Part shown: in pieces, positions 51,570 through 64,000 of the stretch | Numbering within the stretch: position 1 is the first letter of the stretch | Layout of the letters: every line of letters starts with the position of its first letter | NCBI RefSeq assembly: GCF_026571515.1 | Contig: NW_026857436.1 | Location: 1 to 64,000, forward strand | DNA: 64,000 bases | Source: Ruditapes philippinarum | Taxonomy: Eukaryota | Direction of reading: 5' to 3' | Program-made: the position numbers and the translations under genes | The notes under the pieces: generated by a model | Databases searched by the model: none | What the model was told of the DNA's origin: nothing | Seen by the model: only the letters and a program-made list of their open reading frames with translations

Positions 51570-54500
51570 GCTCTAAAACCTGCTTGGGACTCGTCTATTT
51601 TTGTTAGATTCTTCAGCCCATGTACATTCTTTATTCTGCGTAAATGTCTTCATGAAAATATGTGTGCTTGAAAATTGTATACACCGTAAGTCATTCAAAG
51701 ATCTACCCTTATGCTCAAAAAATACCTTTGAAAGTTCTTGGAATTGCGGACATGGAAATGAAATTAAATGAAAATGAAACAAAAATAAAATTTCACATCA
51801 TTGATAAAGAATGCACACCACTATTAGTCCAGCAAACAGCAGTTGATCTAGGATTACTTAAATTCTGCATAAATAATGTGAATACAAATCAAAACAAAAC
51901 AACATGGATAATATTTTATCAGAGTTAGGTGACAGATTTCAAGGATTGGGAAAACTCAAAGATTTCCAGCTACAACTACATATCAACAAAAATGTTAAGC
52001 CCATTGCACAGCCGAATCGCAGAATACCTTTCAAAATGCGACAGCAAGTCAGAGAAAAAATAAAACAACTACTAGATTCTATCGTCATAGAAAAAGTTGA
52101 AGGTGCTACACCATGGGTGTCACCCCTGGTAATTATTCCGAAAAGCAATGGAATGTGTGTAGACATGAGACAAGCAAATACAGCAGTTGAACGTGAACGG
52201 TTTTCAATGCAGAACATTGACGAAACACTAGAAGAACTTAGTGGAGCCAAATTCTTCACTAAACTAGATCTAAACATGGGATATCACCAGATAGAGCTTG
52301 ACCCGGAATAAAATAACAACATTTGTCACAAACGATGGGATATATCGCTATCGTCGACTTATGTTTGGAATTTCCTGTGCTTCAGAAGTCTACCAACGTA
52401 TAATACAACATACAATTCAAGACATACCAAACTGCAAAAATATTTCGGATGATATTTTGGTATATGGCACTACAAAAGAACAACATGACGCCACATTGCG
52501 TAAAGTTCTACAACGCCTTAGAGACAAAAACTCTGAACAAAAGTAAATGTGAATTCTGCAAGACAACCATCACATTTATGGGTCACACCCTCACCGCTGA
52601 TGGACTCATGTCACATGATGACAAAATAAAGGCAGTGCTAAATACAACACCACCCAAAAATGTGAAAGAAGTTAAATCTTTCTTAGGACTGCTAAATTAC
52701 TGCTCAAAATTTCTTCCCAATTTCGCAACAATTTCGGAACCTCTCAGAAAACTAACAAGAAAAAATGTTCCATTCGACTGGGAAAAAGAACAACAATCTG
52801 CGTTTGAACAATTAGAATCACTGATAACAAGTGCAAGTGTCATGGCTTTCTACAACCCAGAAGCTGAGACAACTCTTATAGTCGATGGCTCACCATTTGG
52901 TCTGGGTGCAATTTGCTTCAAAAACAAAACGATGGACATTTAAGACCTGTAGAACACTAAATGTTGAAAGGCGTTACAGTCAAATTGAAAGGGAATGCTT
53001 AGCAGTAACTTGGGGCATAGAAAAGTTTGACACTTATCTGTATGGATTAACCTTTAAAAATAATTACAGACCATAAACTGCTAGTCAACATTTTCAAGCC
53101 AACACAAAAACCTGCAGCTAGACTAGAAAGAATGCTACTTAGACTACAAAGCTACAAATTCAACATAGAATTTCAATCAGGAGCATTAAACCCAGCTGAC
53201 ATCCTCTCAAGGTCAACGTATAGTCAAGAAAAATGTGAGATATCAAATATCACAGAAGGTTACATGGATGATGTCTGCGAAAATGCCGTGCCAATGGCTA
53301 TGACCTTAGATCAAATTGATAAAAAGTAATCTCAGGACAAATTCATTCAAGAAGTAATCAAGTGCATTCAGCATGACAAATGGCCGAAAAATCAAGATTT
53401 CAAGATTATCTACAAGTTACGCAATGAACTGTCGGTACATAATAACATTGTGTTACGGGGAAACAGAATTGTAATTCCACAGGGACTAAGGCCAAAAGTA
53501 TTACAATTAGCACATGAAACACATCAACTCATCAAGACATAGTGAAAACAAAGCAAATGCTAAGAGAAAAAAAGTTTATTGGTCTGGCATTGACAACGAA
53601 ATTGAAATGCTGATCAAGACGTGCTTCCAGTGCCAGCTAGTTTCAAACCCGCCACGACAACTTCCTATCACACCAACCGAATTACCAGAAATACCCTGGC
53701 AAACCGTTTGGACGGATTTAACAGGACCGTTCCCAGGGGGAGAATATATTCTTGTATTAATAGATTACTACTCTCGTTATCCGGAATTTGAAATAATGAA
53801 ATCAATCACTTCAAGATGTATCATTCAAAGATTTATGAAAATATTCACCACACATCGACTTCCGTCAGTGATTAAAACGGACAATGCACCAAACATGGTA
53901 TCTCAAGAAATCACAAACTTCTTCACTGCAAACGGAATAAAACACCAACGTGTTACGCCTTATTATCCGTAAGCAGCAGGATTGGTAGAACATTTCAACA
54001 AAATAATAGCAAAATGCTAGCAATGGAAAGAAAAACTGACGAACAGAAATCTACAAATTTTTGATGACATATCGAACAACCCCTCATGTATCCACAGGAT
54101 CCGCACCTGCATCTTTGTTATTCAACAGAACAATAAGGAATAAACTACCACACTTTGGAAGAAAGAAAGATGATACAAAAGTAAGAAAAATGGATTCGTA
54201 CAAAAAACAAAAAAATGAAGAATTACGCAGACAGGCAGGCAAATACTCGGATTATAACATATTAACTTGGACAGAAAGTGCTTATTCTAAACAAACATCA
54301 AGGAAAATAAGACTCAAAATGGAAAAATGAAATATACATTGTTATTGGACAAACGGGAATTCAAGTGGAATTAAAATCAAGACACAATGACATTGTGAGA
54401 AGGCATATCACTCAGATCCGTCCATTTTATCAGAGATAAAATGTCAGACTCATTCTCAATGATAACAAACTGACCATACAAACTAACAATTAAACTAAGA

Positions 54501-54948
54501 AAAATTAATGACATGTTTCAGTAAATGATTACTTTAAATTAAATAGCAATAAATGATATCATTCAAACTACCAGAGAAAACATTAAGATTAATGTTTACA
54601 AAATGTCTAAACTTTATTGCTCTGAAAACTTCATGCGTCTTAGATATTTACAAATGACATGCTAAATTATGTTCATGATTATAATGCTTTTATTTCAGGG
54701 AATTTGAGTTCATGAACTTTTTAAACTACTTGCATGTTAATCTTCTGAGAAAAAAGGCGGATGTAATATATTGACTCGCTATTGGTCAGCTATTATTAGC
54801 CACTCACTAGCTGATAAGATCCGCCTAAATTCACCTGGCATCACCTCTATGTAGGATCATTAGTAAATAGATTTAGAAACCAGACGGCTGCGTTGTTTAA
54901 TCTCTCTACCCAGGCTTGTCCAGTAACTATGATATAGCAGACATTACA
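51570..54948 (+). mobile_element. Decayed Ty3/Gypsy LTR retrotransposon (pol: PR-RT-RH-IN; 5' truncated) with 3' LTR
   Basis: TPWVSPLVI, CVDMRQAN, FTKLDLNMGYHQ, RLMFGIS, ISDDILVYG, DGSPFGLGA, RRYSQIERECLA, PWQTVWTDLTGP, LVLIDYYSRYPE and KTDNAP occur in Gypsy order with many frameshifts. Confidence 0.92.
54762..54948 (+). repeat. 3' LTR of the Gypsy element
   Basis: Polypurine tract gagaaaaaaggcgga directly followed by TGTAAT...ATTACA (187 bp). No 5' partner found. Confidence 0.75.
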
Positions 54949-56005
54949 GGATAAGTCTAAAATCTAAGCTACTGGTCTAGTGCAGTGACCTTCAGTCATA
55001 ATCGTTAGGACATATATGGTGTCTAGTAAGAACTGGTCTTGCACACAAAACTCGAATCAAATGTTTTCTAAGTTCGCAAAGAACTGCAATTCAATCAAAT
55101 ATGAATCTTGGATGATCTCTAAGAATTGTAATTTTGAAATCACATTTGTTTGGAGTGACTGAATTCATAAACGAGAATTTGCACCAGGTTTTTTTTTCTA
55201 AAAAAATTATAATGGAAACCAAACCTTTAAGAACATCAATTGCGATAAATTGAAAATGATACATGTTCGGTTTGATTGAGTCTGCTCATAGACGGTAGTC
55301 ATAAACACAAGCTACCGTCTACGCCCTCTAGCACCGGCTTCAGCAGAAGTCAACTTGTATAGGTTCAAGTGAATGCACTCTTGAAACAGTTAATGAGATG
55401 AAGATGCGCACAGAACTTTAGCCATATGTGACGTCAACGCACGGGTGAGTAGAATAGCCCCGCTGTTCGAAACGAAATTTATTTATTTATTTATTTATTA
55501 GGTAGGAATTTGCATTTTTTGCTTTTGTTTAAAATGGACCATTTATATACATTGAATTAACTTTTTTCAAGGGATGAAAAGAGCTTTTTTATTGTATTAA
55601 CGTTAAATTTCAGTTAAAGAAAATATCTTTTAAAAATAATAATAACTGTAATAATTGTCGTTTTTGAACAATGTAAAATATTTTTTTGAAATATAACATA
55701 AATCACCAAAATGTAACATTATTCAATGCCTTAGCGGCTAAGGTTAATGAAAAGGTCGAAATATGATATGCAATTTGAAAACGTTTTCTTTCATTAAAGC
55801 CTATAACTTAAGTTTTGTTAAAATAGCAATGTCACGTTATTACAATGGTATTATCACACGATCTTCTCACTTAATTTGCTACAACTTTAAACAAATATAT
55901 GTTCTTAATGATATATAAACTTATAGACCTAACAAAAGACTATGTAGCAAATGAATTTTGGTAAGAATAGGAAACGTGTCGAAACAGTAATATTAGAGTA
56001 ATAAC

Positions 56006-59000
56006 ATGGACCTAACAAGAGGTAAACTGGAAACGCTGTTTGATTTCTTGCGTTATAGGCAGTATGACGATGTACATAAGATTCTCGATGATGCCTCGGA
56101 CGAATACAGGCAGCTATTTAGAGAATTGAATAGGGAAGAGAAAAGGAAAGTAAATTATGTTATGTCGATGATAGATTATTGTCGAACTGGCAAATGGATT
56201 CTGGCAGGGAATCAACTAGGTCCTGCTGAAGAAGAATACTATAAATATTTCTACAGAAAGCGTTCATCCTATAGAGAAGTGAGTAAAATTGTTCGCCTTA
56301 GTTAATTAGTTTTTTAGTTTTATAATTTTTGTATTATCATTGTGTATAACGATATAAAACGTAAAAAAAAAGAAAAATTGAGCCGTGTCACGACAAAACC
56401 AACATAATGGGTTTGCGACCAGCATGGATCCAGACCAGCCTGCACATCCGCGCAGTCTGATCAGGATCCATGCTGTCCGCTTACCAACTCTATTACAAGT
56501 AGAGAAACTGATAGCGAACAGCATGGATCCTGTTCAGACTGCGCGGATGCGCAGGCTGGTCTGGATCCATGCTGGTCGCAAACCCATTATGGTGGTTTTG
56601 TCGTGACACGGCTCAATTAAATTCTTAATGAATCTTTGTCGACATAGTAAAATCATAGTTACATTTTTTTGTAGCAATCGTTCAAAACGCTTAAGTTCAA
56701 TCTTCAGCCCAATGAAAGGAAGGGCAGTAGCCAGTTTAATAAAAGCAATAGCACGATAAGACCTGTGTCAGAAACATATCCACGCGGATGGAAGGGAGAT
56801 AGCAAGTTTGATAAAAACAAGATCACGTCAAGACCGGCGTCAGAAACATATGCACAGAGAAAAGATATGGCGTTGGGGTCAAATTTATTGTGAGATTTTT
56901 TTTTAAACATTTCACTTTTCAAGAATGTGTATTTCATTTACTTTTAGATGGTTTCATGTATATCTATGTATTCATTCTATTACCTTGTATCTTATTTACT
57001 TCCCATAATAACTCAAAAGTAGTTTCATGTGCATATATGTGCACATGTGTTTTTTATTTACTTCAGATATCAACTGTAAGATTGTTTCGAGAATATCATG
57101 AAAATACATATAAAATACATATGAGCCGTGTCATGACAAAACCAACATAATGGGTTTGCGACCAGCATGTATCCAGACTGGTCTCGATCCATGCTGGTCG
57201 CAAACCCATTATGTTGGTTTTTTCGTGACGCGGCTCATATTTATTTACGTAAATTTATTTACTTCAGATATAACGATAGTTTCAAATACATGTATATTTA
57301 TATACAAACATGTATTTCTTTAACGTGAGATATAAACAGTGAGATAGGTCAACGTTTTGATGCAAACATGTGCTTTATTAACTTGATATATAAATAATAC
57401 GATATGCTCATGTCTATTAATGCTCACATATGTATTTTATTTACTGTAAGAAAGTTTCATGTGAATTGTATTTATTTCAACATAGAGATCGGCTTATATA
57501 TACATTGTATTTGTGCACAAATGTGTATTTCATGTATCTCAGATATCACTAATTAGACAGTTTCATATCTATTCACATATAGTTTCATATCTATTCACAT
57601 ATATTTTCATATCTATTCACATATAGTTTCATATCTATTCACATATAGTTTCATATCTATTCACATATAGTTTCATATCTATTCACATATAGTTTCATAT
57701 CCATTCACATATAGTTTCATATCCATTCACATATAGTTTCATATCTATTCACATATAGTTTCATATCTATTCACATATAGTTTCATATCCATTCACAAAT
57801 AGTTTCATATCTATTCACATATAGTTTCATATCTATTCACATATAGTTTCATATCTATTCAAATATAGTTTCATACCTATTCACCTATTTTCAAATCTAT
57901 TCACATATAGTTTCATATCTATTCACATATAGTTTCATATCTATTCACATATAGTTTCATATCTATTCACATATAGTTTCATATCCATTCACATATAGTT
58001 TCATATCTATTCACATATAGTTTCATATCTATTCACATATAGTTTCATATCTATTCACATATATTTCATATCCATTCACATATAGTTTCATATCCATGCA
58101 CATATAGTTTCATATCCATTCACATATAGTTTCATATCCATTCACATATAGTTTCATATCTATTCACATATATTTCATATCCATTCACATATATTTCATA
58201 TCTATTCACATATATTTCATATCCATTCACATATAGTTTCATATCCATTCACATATAGTTTCATATCTATTCACATATATTTTCATATCCATTCACATAT
58301 AGTTTCATATCTATTCACATATAGTTTCATATCTATTCACATATAGTTTCATATCTATTCACATATAGTTTCATATCTATTCACATATATTTTCATATCC
58401 ATTCACATATATTTCATATCCATTCACATATAGTTTCATATCCATTCACATATAGTTTCATATCCATTCACATATAGTTTCATATCTATTCACATATAGT
58501 TTCATATCTATTCACATATAGTTTTCATATCTATTCACATATAGTTTCATATCTATTCACATATAGTTTCATATCTATTCACATATATTTTCATATCCAT
58601 TCACATATATTTCATATATATTCACATATAGTTTCATATCTATTCACATATATTTCATATCCATTCACATATAGTTTCATATCCATTCACATATATTTCA
58701 TATCTTTTCACATATAGTTTCATATCTATTCACATATAGTTTCATATCTATTCACACATAGTTTCATATCCATTCAGATATAGTTTCATATCTATTCACA
58801 TATAGTTTCATATCTATTCACATATAGTTTCAAATCTATTCACATATAGTTTCATATCCATTCACATATAGTTTCATATCCATTCACATATAGTTTCATA
58901 TCCATTCACATATAGTTTCATATCCATTCACATATAGTTTCATATCTATTCACATATAGTTTCATATCTTTTCACATATAGTTTCATATCTATTTACATA

Positions 59001-62000
59001 TAGTTTCATATCTATTCACATATAGTTTCATATCTATTCATATATATTTTCATATCTATTCACATATAGTTTCATAACTATTCACATATATTTCATATCC
59101 ATTCACATATAGTTTCATATCAATTCACATATATTTTCATATCCATTCACATATATTTCATATCTATTCACATATAGTTTCATATCTATTCACATATAGT
59201 TTCATATCTATTCACACATAGTTTCATATCTATTCATATATATTTTCATATCTATTCACATATAGTTTCATAACTATTCACATATATTTCATATCCATTC
59301 ACATATAGTTTCATATCCATTCACATATAGTTTCATATCCATTCACATATATTTCATATCTATTCACATATAGTTTCATATCCATTCACATATAGTTTCA
59401 TATCCATTCACGTATAGTTTCATATCTATTCACATATAGTTTCATATCCATTCACATATAGTTTCATATCTATTCATATATAGTTTCATATCCATTCACA
59501 TATAGTTGCATATCTATTCACATATAGTTTCATATCCATTCACATATAGTTTCATATCCATTCACATATAGTTTCATATCCGTTCACATATAGTTTCATA
59601 TCTATTCATATATAGTTTCATATCTATTCACATAAAGTTTCATATCCATTCACATATAGGTTCATATCTATTCACATATAGTTTCATATCTATTCACATA
59701 TAGTTTCATATCCATTCACATATAGTTTCATATCCATTCACATATAGTTTCATATCCATTCACATACAGTTTCATATCTATTCACATATAGTTTCATATC
59801 TATTCTCATACAGTTTCATATCTATTCACATATAGTTTCATATCTATTCACATATAGTTTCATATCTATTCACATATAGTTTCATATCTATTCACATATA
59901 TTTCATATCTATTCACATATAGTTTCATATCTATTCACATATAGTTTCATATCTATTCACATATAGTTTCATATCTATTCACATATAGTTTCATATCTAT
60001 TCACATATATTTCATATCTATTCACATATAATTTCATATCTATTCACATATAGTTTCATATCTATTCACATATAGTTTCATATCTATTCACATATAGTTT
60101 CATATCCATTCACATATAGTTTCATATCTATTCACATATAGTTTCATATCCATTCACATATAGTTTCATATCCATTCACATATAGTTTCATATCTATTCA
60201 CATATAGTTTCATATCCATTCACATATAGTTTCATATCTATTCACATATAGTTTCATATCTATTCACATATAGTTTCATATCTATTCACATATAGTTTCA
60301 TATCTATTCACATATAGTTTCATATCCATTCACGTATGAACATTTCCTTACTTGATATATAAATAGTAAGATAGGTTCATGTTTGTTTATATTATTTACT
60401 GCAGATATCAACAGTACGATAGTTTCATCATAACATGTATTTGTTTACTCCATATATAAATAGTATGATAGATGTATGTATATTGATGCACACGTGTGTA
60501 TTTTATAAACTTCAGACATAAACAGTAAATGCTTCAACAGACGGAAGGATTTTGAAGTACAACACCAATTAAAACTAAGATTTTAAAGCAAATTTTAATG
60601 TGTGAAGGCAACTATTTCTTGAATTCGTAAACCTTAAGTCTAGATGTAGGAGTAGAACATGTTTTATTTTGAAAATCTTGTCCTACAGATTTTTACAGAC
60701 CTCCCACAATGACAAGTAACAGATTACCAAATCTCCTGATAATGGGTGTAATGAATGAAATTACAGAACAATTAGGGCTAAAAGGTAAACATAGTAGAAA
60801 GATGGGGTAAAATAATGTTGGAAAACTCTTCAGGAGACCCAAAGTTGTGGTATGTTCGAATCTCAAATTATTCCGAAAATGAGTATGTCATGGTATTGAA
60901 CTGTTCTCTAATCAGGGGAGGTAGTTTATAGGCGGCCGGATAGCTCAGTCAGTAGAACCGCAGTGCGGTATTCCGAGGGTCCCAGGTTTGAGTCTCGGTC
61001 AGGCTGCACATTAAAAATTAATAATTTAAAAAAAGTGGAGGTGTTTCAATCATTACTCATGGGGAAAAATATTTAGTGAGTAAAGTAAGTAAGGGATCAA
61101 TTGGGAGGGAACTTTTTTTAGGGAAACCTTATTTGATTCCTACAATGCAGAGTTAGAAAATTGTACATCTTATCTGTAATTAGTGTTGTACAACAAAATC
61201 CTACCGTCTGTTGAGGCCTTAAGATGCTTTTAGGTTCAGGTATATTTAAGCACACGTGGGTATTTTATTAACTTCATATATAAACAGTAAGATTTATGTA
61301 GGTTCATGTACATTTGTATATTTATGCGCACGTGTGTAGGTAGTTTTATAACCTCAGATATAAACAGTAAGATGAATGTAGCTCATGTATATATTTATGC
61401 ACACGAGGGTATTTTATTAACTTCATAAATAAACAATTTGATGCATGTAGGTTCATGTATATTTATGCACACGTGTGTAGGTAGTTTTATAACTTCAGAT
61501 ATAAACGGAAAATGCCAATGAGGAAGCGTCATGTGACAGATCTAAGGGATCTCAGTGACATACAAAAAATTGCTGGAAAGTTGGAGGAAATATATCACAA
61601 CGAATGGGCAGATGCTCTTGATGAATTGGAACACTTTAAGATAGATGAGTTTAACTCTATTAAGTGTCTTCTTAAGATACTGTTGGTAAGTTGGTAAATG
61701 TAATTATTGTTGTTGTTGCTTCTGCTACATTTGCTCCTCCACCTTTTTCTTTTTTCTCTCCTTCATCTAGCCGTTGTGACTGTTTACTCAATAATTGTAA
61801 TTTTTGATGGTATTTTTTGTGTCATTATCAATTTTTGCATTGTTGAAATATTGTTTTTTATTCTCAATGAATCGTTAGGTCTAATTGATACATAGCTACA
61901 ATCATGCTTATCTTTTTTAATAAATGAAATAAACATATTTTTAAACATATCCTTATGATTAGATGCGATAACTAAGAGAAAACTCTACTTCTATGGAAGT

Positions 62001-63449
62001 CCATCGACACCCTTTGTCCGCCCTATTTGCTTTCGGTTTATTCGTATTGTATTGCATTACTTTACATAAACACATGTCATGATAACAATCCATTAATATT
62101 TTTTCAGGATGCATACTATATATCAGTCGTTGAGGCGGACACGCAAATAACAAAGTTGGAAGATGCTGCAAGCAAAATACTTTTGGAGGGAGCCTATGCA
62201 ACGGTTATTACATACAAATTCACAGATTATGACATGTTGACTGAATTATAACATGTATTCAGGCGAACATTTTTATTTGTCTTTAAATCTGCAAACTTGA
62301 ATTTGTAAAACTTTTCAAAGCCTACAGTAAGTAAAGAGTTGTTAAGAAATTGCATAATCTTTAACCCACCTATCCGTTTGGTAAATCTATTCATAACATA
62401 TTCGATATACTCGTTTCACTCTTCGGTCTCATCTCAGTTCTGTTTAAATGTATATGCCTAGACCTACAGCCAGGCCTAGACCTATAGCCATGCCTAGACC
62501 TATAGCCATGCCTAGACCTATAGCCATCAATAGCAGCTAGCGTCATGTTCCTTTATTCAAATGATATACAATGCATTAAGTTGTGATCTACACATTTTGA
62601 TATACATTTTAGTCGTATGGTGAAGAGCTAAAAGATCAAAGGTCGTTATTGGTGAGATACAGAATGAGGATCGCAAATATATGCGTAGATCGGTTGCAAG
62701 AAGTGAGGACTTTTATCATTATATTCTACTCGCATGTATTTTAGATAACTTATCAATCGGATATTCTTATTTGATTTTCATATTCTACTTGTATATACTT
62801 TAGATTGGTTAAATCAATCGAACATTTTCACTAGATTCGTTATTCTTACTCGATTCTTAAATCAAACATTAGGTTTTAGCAGTAAATATTTGTATAATTT
62901 GAGTCGCGCCATGACAAAACCAACATAATGGGTTTGCGACCAGCATGGATCCAGACCAGCCTGCGCATCTGCGCAGTCTGATCAGGATCCATGCCGTTCG
63001 CTATCAGTTCCTCTACTTGTTAAAGGGTTTGTAAGCGGACAGCATAAATCCTGATCAGACTGCGCAGATGCGCAGGCTGATCTGGATCCATGCTGGTCGC
63101 AAACCCATTACGTTGGTTTTGTCATGACGCGGCTCATTTGATTTTTCAGACGTTCAGACGTCGTTATCTACCAGAGATCATCCGCACAGTAGGAGTATAC
63201 CAAAACCTTCCCATACAAGGACCTGTTCATACATACGCCAGTCAGTGTGTGGCTATCAGCTGGGCAATGGCTGTACAATATCCACAGGCATATCTTGCAG
63301 ACGACAGGGATAGGCAAAGACTCTTCAATAGAGAGTTTTATGACACATACACGAGATCTGGCCAATCTGTTGATTTCTTTGTCTGGCCGCCATTGTTAAC
63401 TCATAAAAACGGAAAACTGGTTTCTAAGGGAATTGCACAAGGACTGTAA
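56006..63449 (+). CDS. Mieap-like domain protein, paralog 6; intact, six exons, ~386 aa
   Basis: Exons 56006-56278, 56675-56889, 61499-61685 (DLSDIQKIAGKLEEIYHNEWADALDEL), 62108-62203, 62613-62702 (LLVRYR) and 63150-63449 (CVAISWAMAVQYP...FFVWPPL...GKLVSKGIA). Total 1161 nt in an open frame. The exon 2 donor is slightly uncertain. Confidence 0.88.
56379..56615. mobile_element. Palindromic MITE, copy 4 (intron 1 of paralog 6)
   Basis: Same family. Confidence 0.9.
57122..57237. mobile_element. Palindromic MITE, copy 5, centrally deleted (intron 2 of paralog 6)
   Basis: Both outer arms are retained and the centre is missing. Confidence 0.85.
57559..60333. repeat. 22-bp minisatellite (AGTTTCATATC[T/C]ATTCACATAT)n, ~125 copies
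   Basis: Directly visible tandem array in intron 2 of paralog 6. Confidence 0.98.
60931..61010 (+). mobile_element. tRNA-like SINE head / tRNA pseudogene
   Basis: tagctcagtcagtaga A box and ggtttgagtc B box; imperfect stems. Confidence 0.55.
62456..62527. repeat. 18-bp tandem repeat x4 (gcctagacctatagccat)
   Basis: Directly visible. Confidence 0.85.
62900..63136. mobile_element. Palindromic MITE, copy 6 (intron 5 of paralog 6)
   Basis: Same family; ends 13 bp before exon 6. Confidence 0.9.
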
Positions 63450-63609
63450 AATACATGACATGTTTAATTACGATATTGTTTATCATTTTGTAAATTTTGC
63501 TCGTACTATACACACGAGAAATCTGAATTGGTATCAGATTTGTTTTATTCGATTGTTGATTTAGACATCGTAATTGTGTGTAATTTCATTTTTGTTTCTT
63601 TTATATACT

Positions 63610-64000
63610 TTTATGTTCCTTAATGAGTGGCAGTAGCCACGAGTGAAATATGATAATTTTCATACCACAAGGTGAAAAATCCTGTATTTATGGGAAAAAC
63701 TTAAATTTTCTGTTAATTATATACATTATCTTTTCTGATGTAACAGTGCATCAATTTTGTAAATTGACCGAGTTTAGAAGAAAGTGGTTCGGCAAGACAC
63801 CAGTGAAAATACGGAAAATATGTTTCACAGCAGTAAAATAAATCTTTATAGTGAAAATACGGAAAATGAAAATAAAAGTTTTATTTCATCAATATTTCTC
63901 AATATTTCATTAAAAAGTATATAAAAATCAAATATATCTATTTCTTCTTGTATTTGAACAAAAAAGAAAGACACATATTTTGCTTAAGATTTTTTATCGA
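63610..64000. mobile_element. Possible hairpin-type non-autonomous element, running off the window
   Basis: gagtggcagtagccacgagtgaaa resembles the reverse complement of the CTCG-loop-CTCG hairpin centre seen at 7278, 7733 and 10934. Confidence 0.35.

Noticed and set aside
57559-60333. Regular repeat array as a possible CRISPR
   Set aside because: No unique spacers, no cas genes, and the context is a eukaryotic intron.
60931-61010. Functional tRNA gene
   Set aside because: Imperfect acceptor and anticodon stems, TTTG instead of TTCG, and no oligo-T terminator; more likely a SINE head.

Overview
AT-rich, intron-containing eukaryotic DNA, most likely from a bivalve mollusc (inferred from the repeat families). 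The main content is a head-to-tail (+ strand) cluster of six paralogous six-exon genes at about 1.5-4.7, 17.5-21.0, 25.1-28.7, 29.7-45.6, 47.2-50.2 and 56.0-63.4 kb. Their intron phases are 0-2-0-0-0 (inferred for paralog 4). Exons 3-6 encode a Mieap/SPATA18-like core (motifs F.ELY.NEW..AF..L and W.M.V.DPP...FD...Y......FFVWPAL....G.L..KG.V). In front of it sit a short low-complexity linker (exon 2) and a very divergent ~85-95 aa, apparently four-helix N-terminal domain (exon 1) that I cannot assign. Three copies read through cleanly, two carry a single +1 frameshift, and one crosses a low-quality assembly stretch. Transposable elements fill the spaces: an 8.45 kb foldback element with ~0.8 kb terminal inverted repeats (TIRs), TAC..GTA ends and a 6-bp target-site duplication (TSD; IS3EU-like), carrying a broken LINE and inserted just downstream of an orphan copy of the cluster promoter; a decayed Gypsy element; pearl/Helentron-like tandem-repeat elements; six copies of one MITE, all intronic; SINE and LINE remnants; and a 2.8 kb 22-bp minisatellite. 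All gene models were built by hand from GT-AG sites and paralog comparison. No database searches were run.
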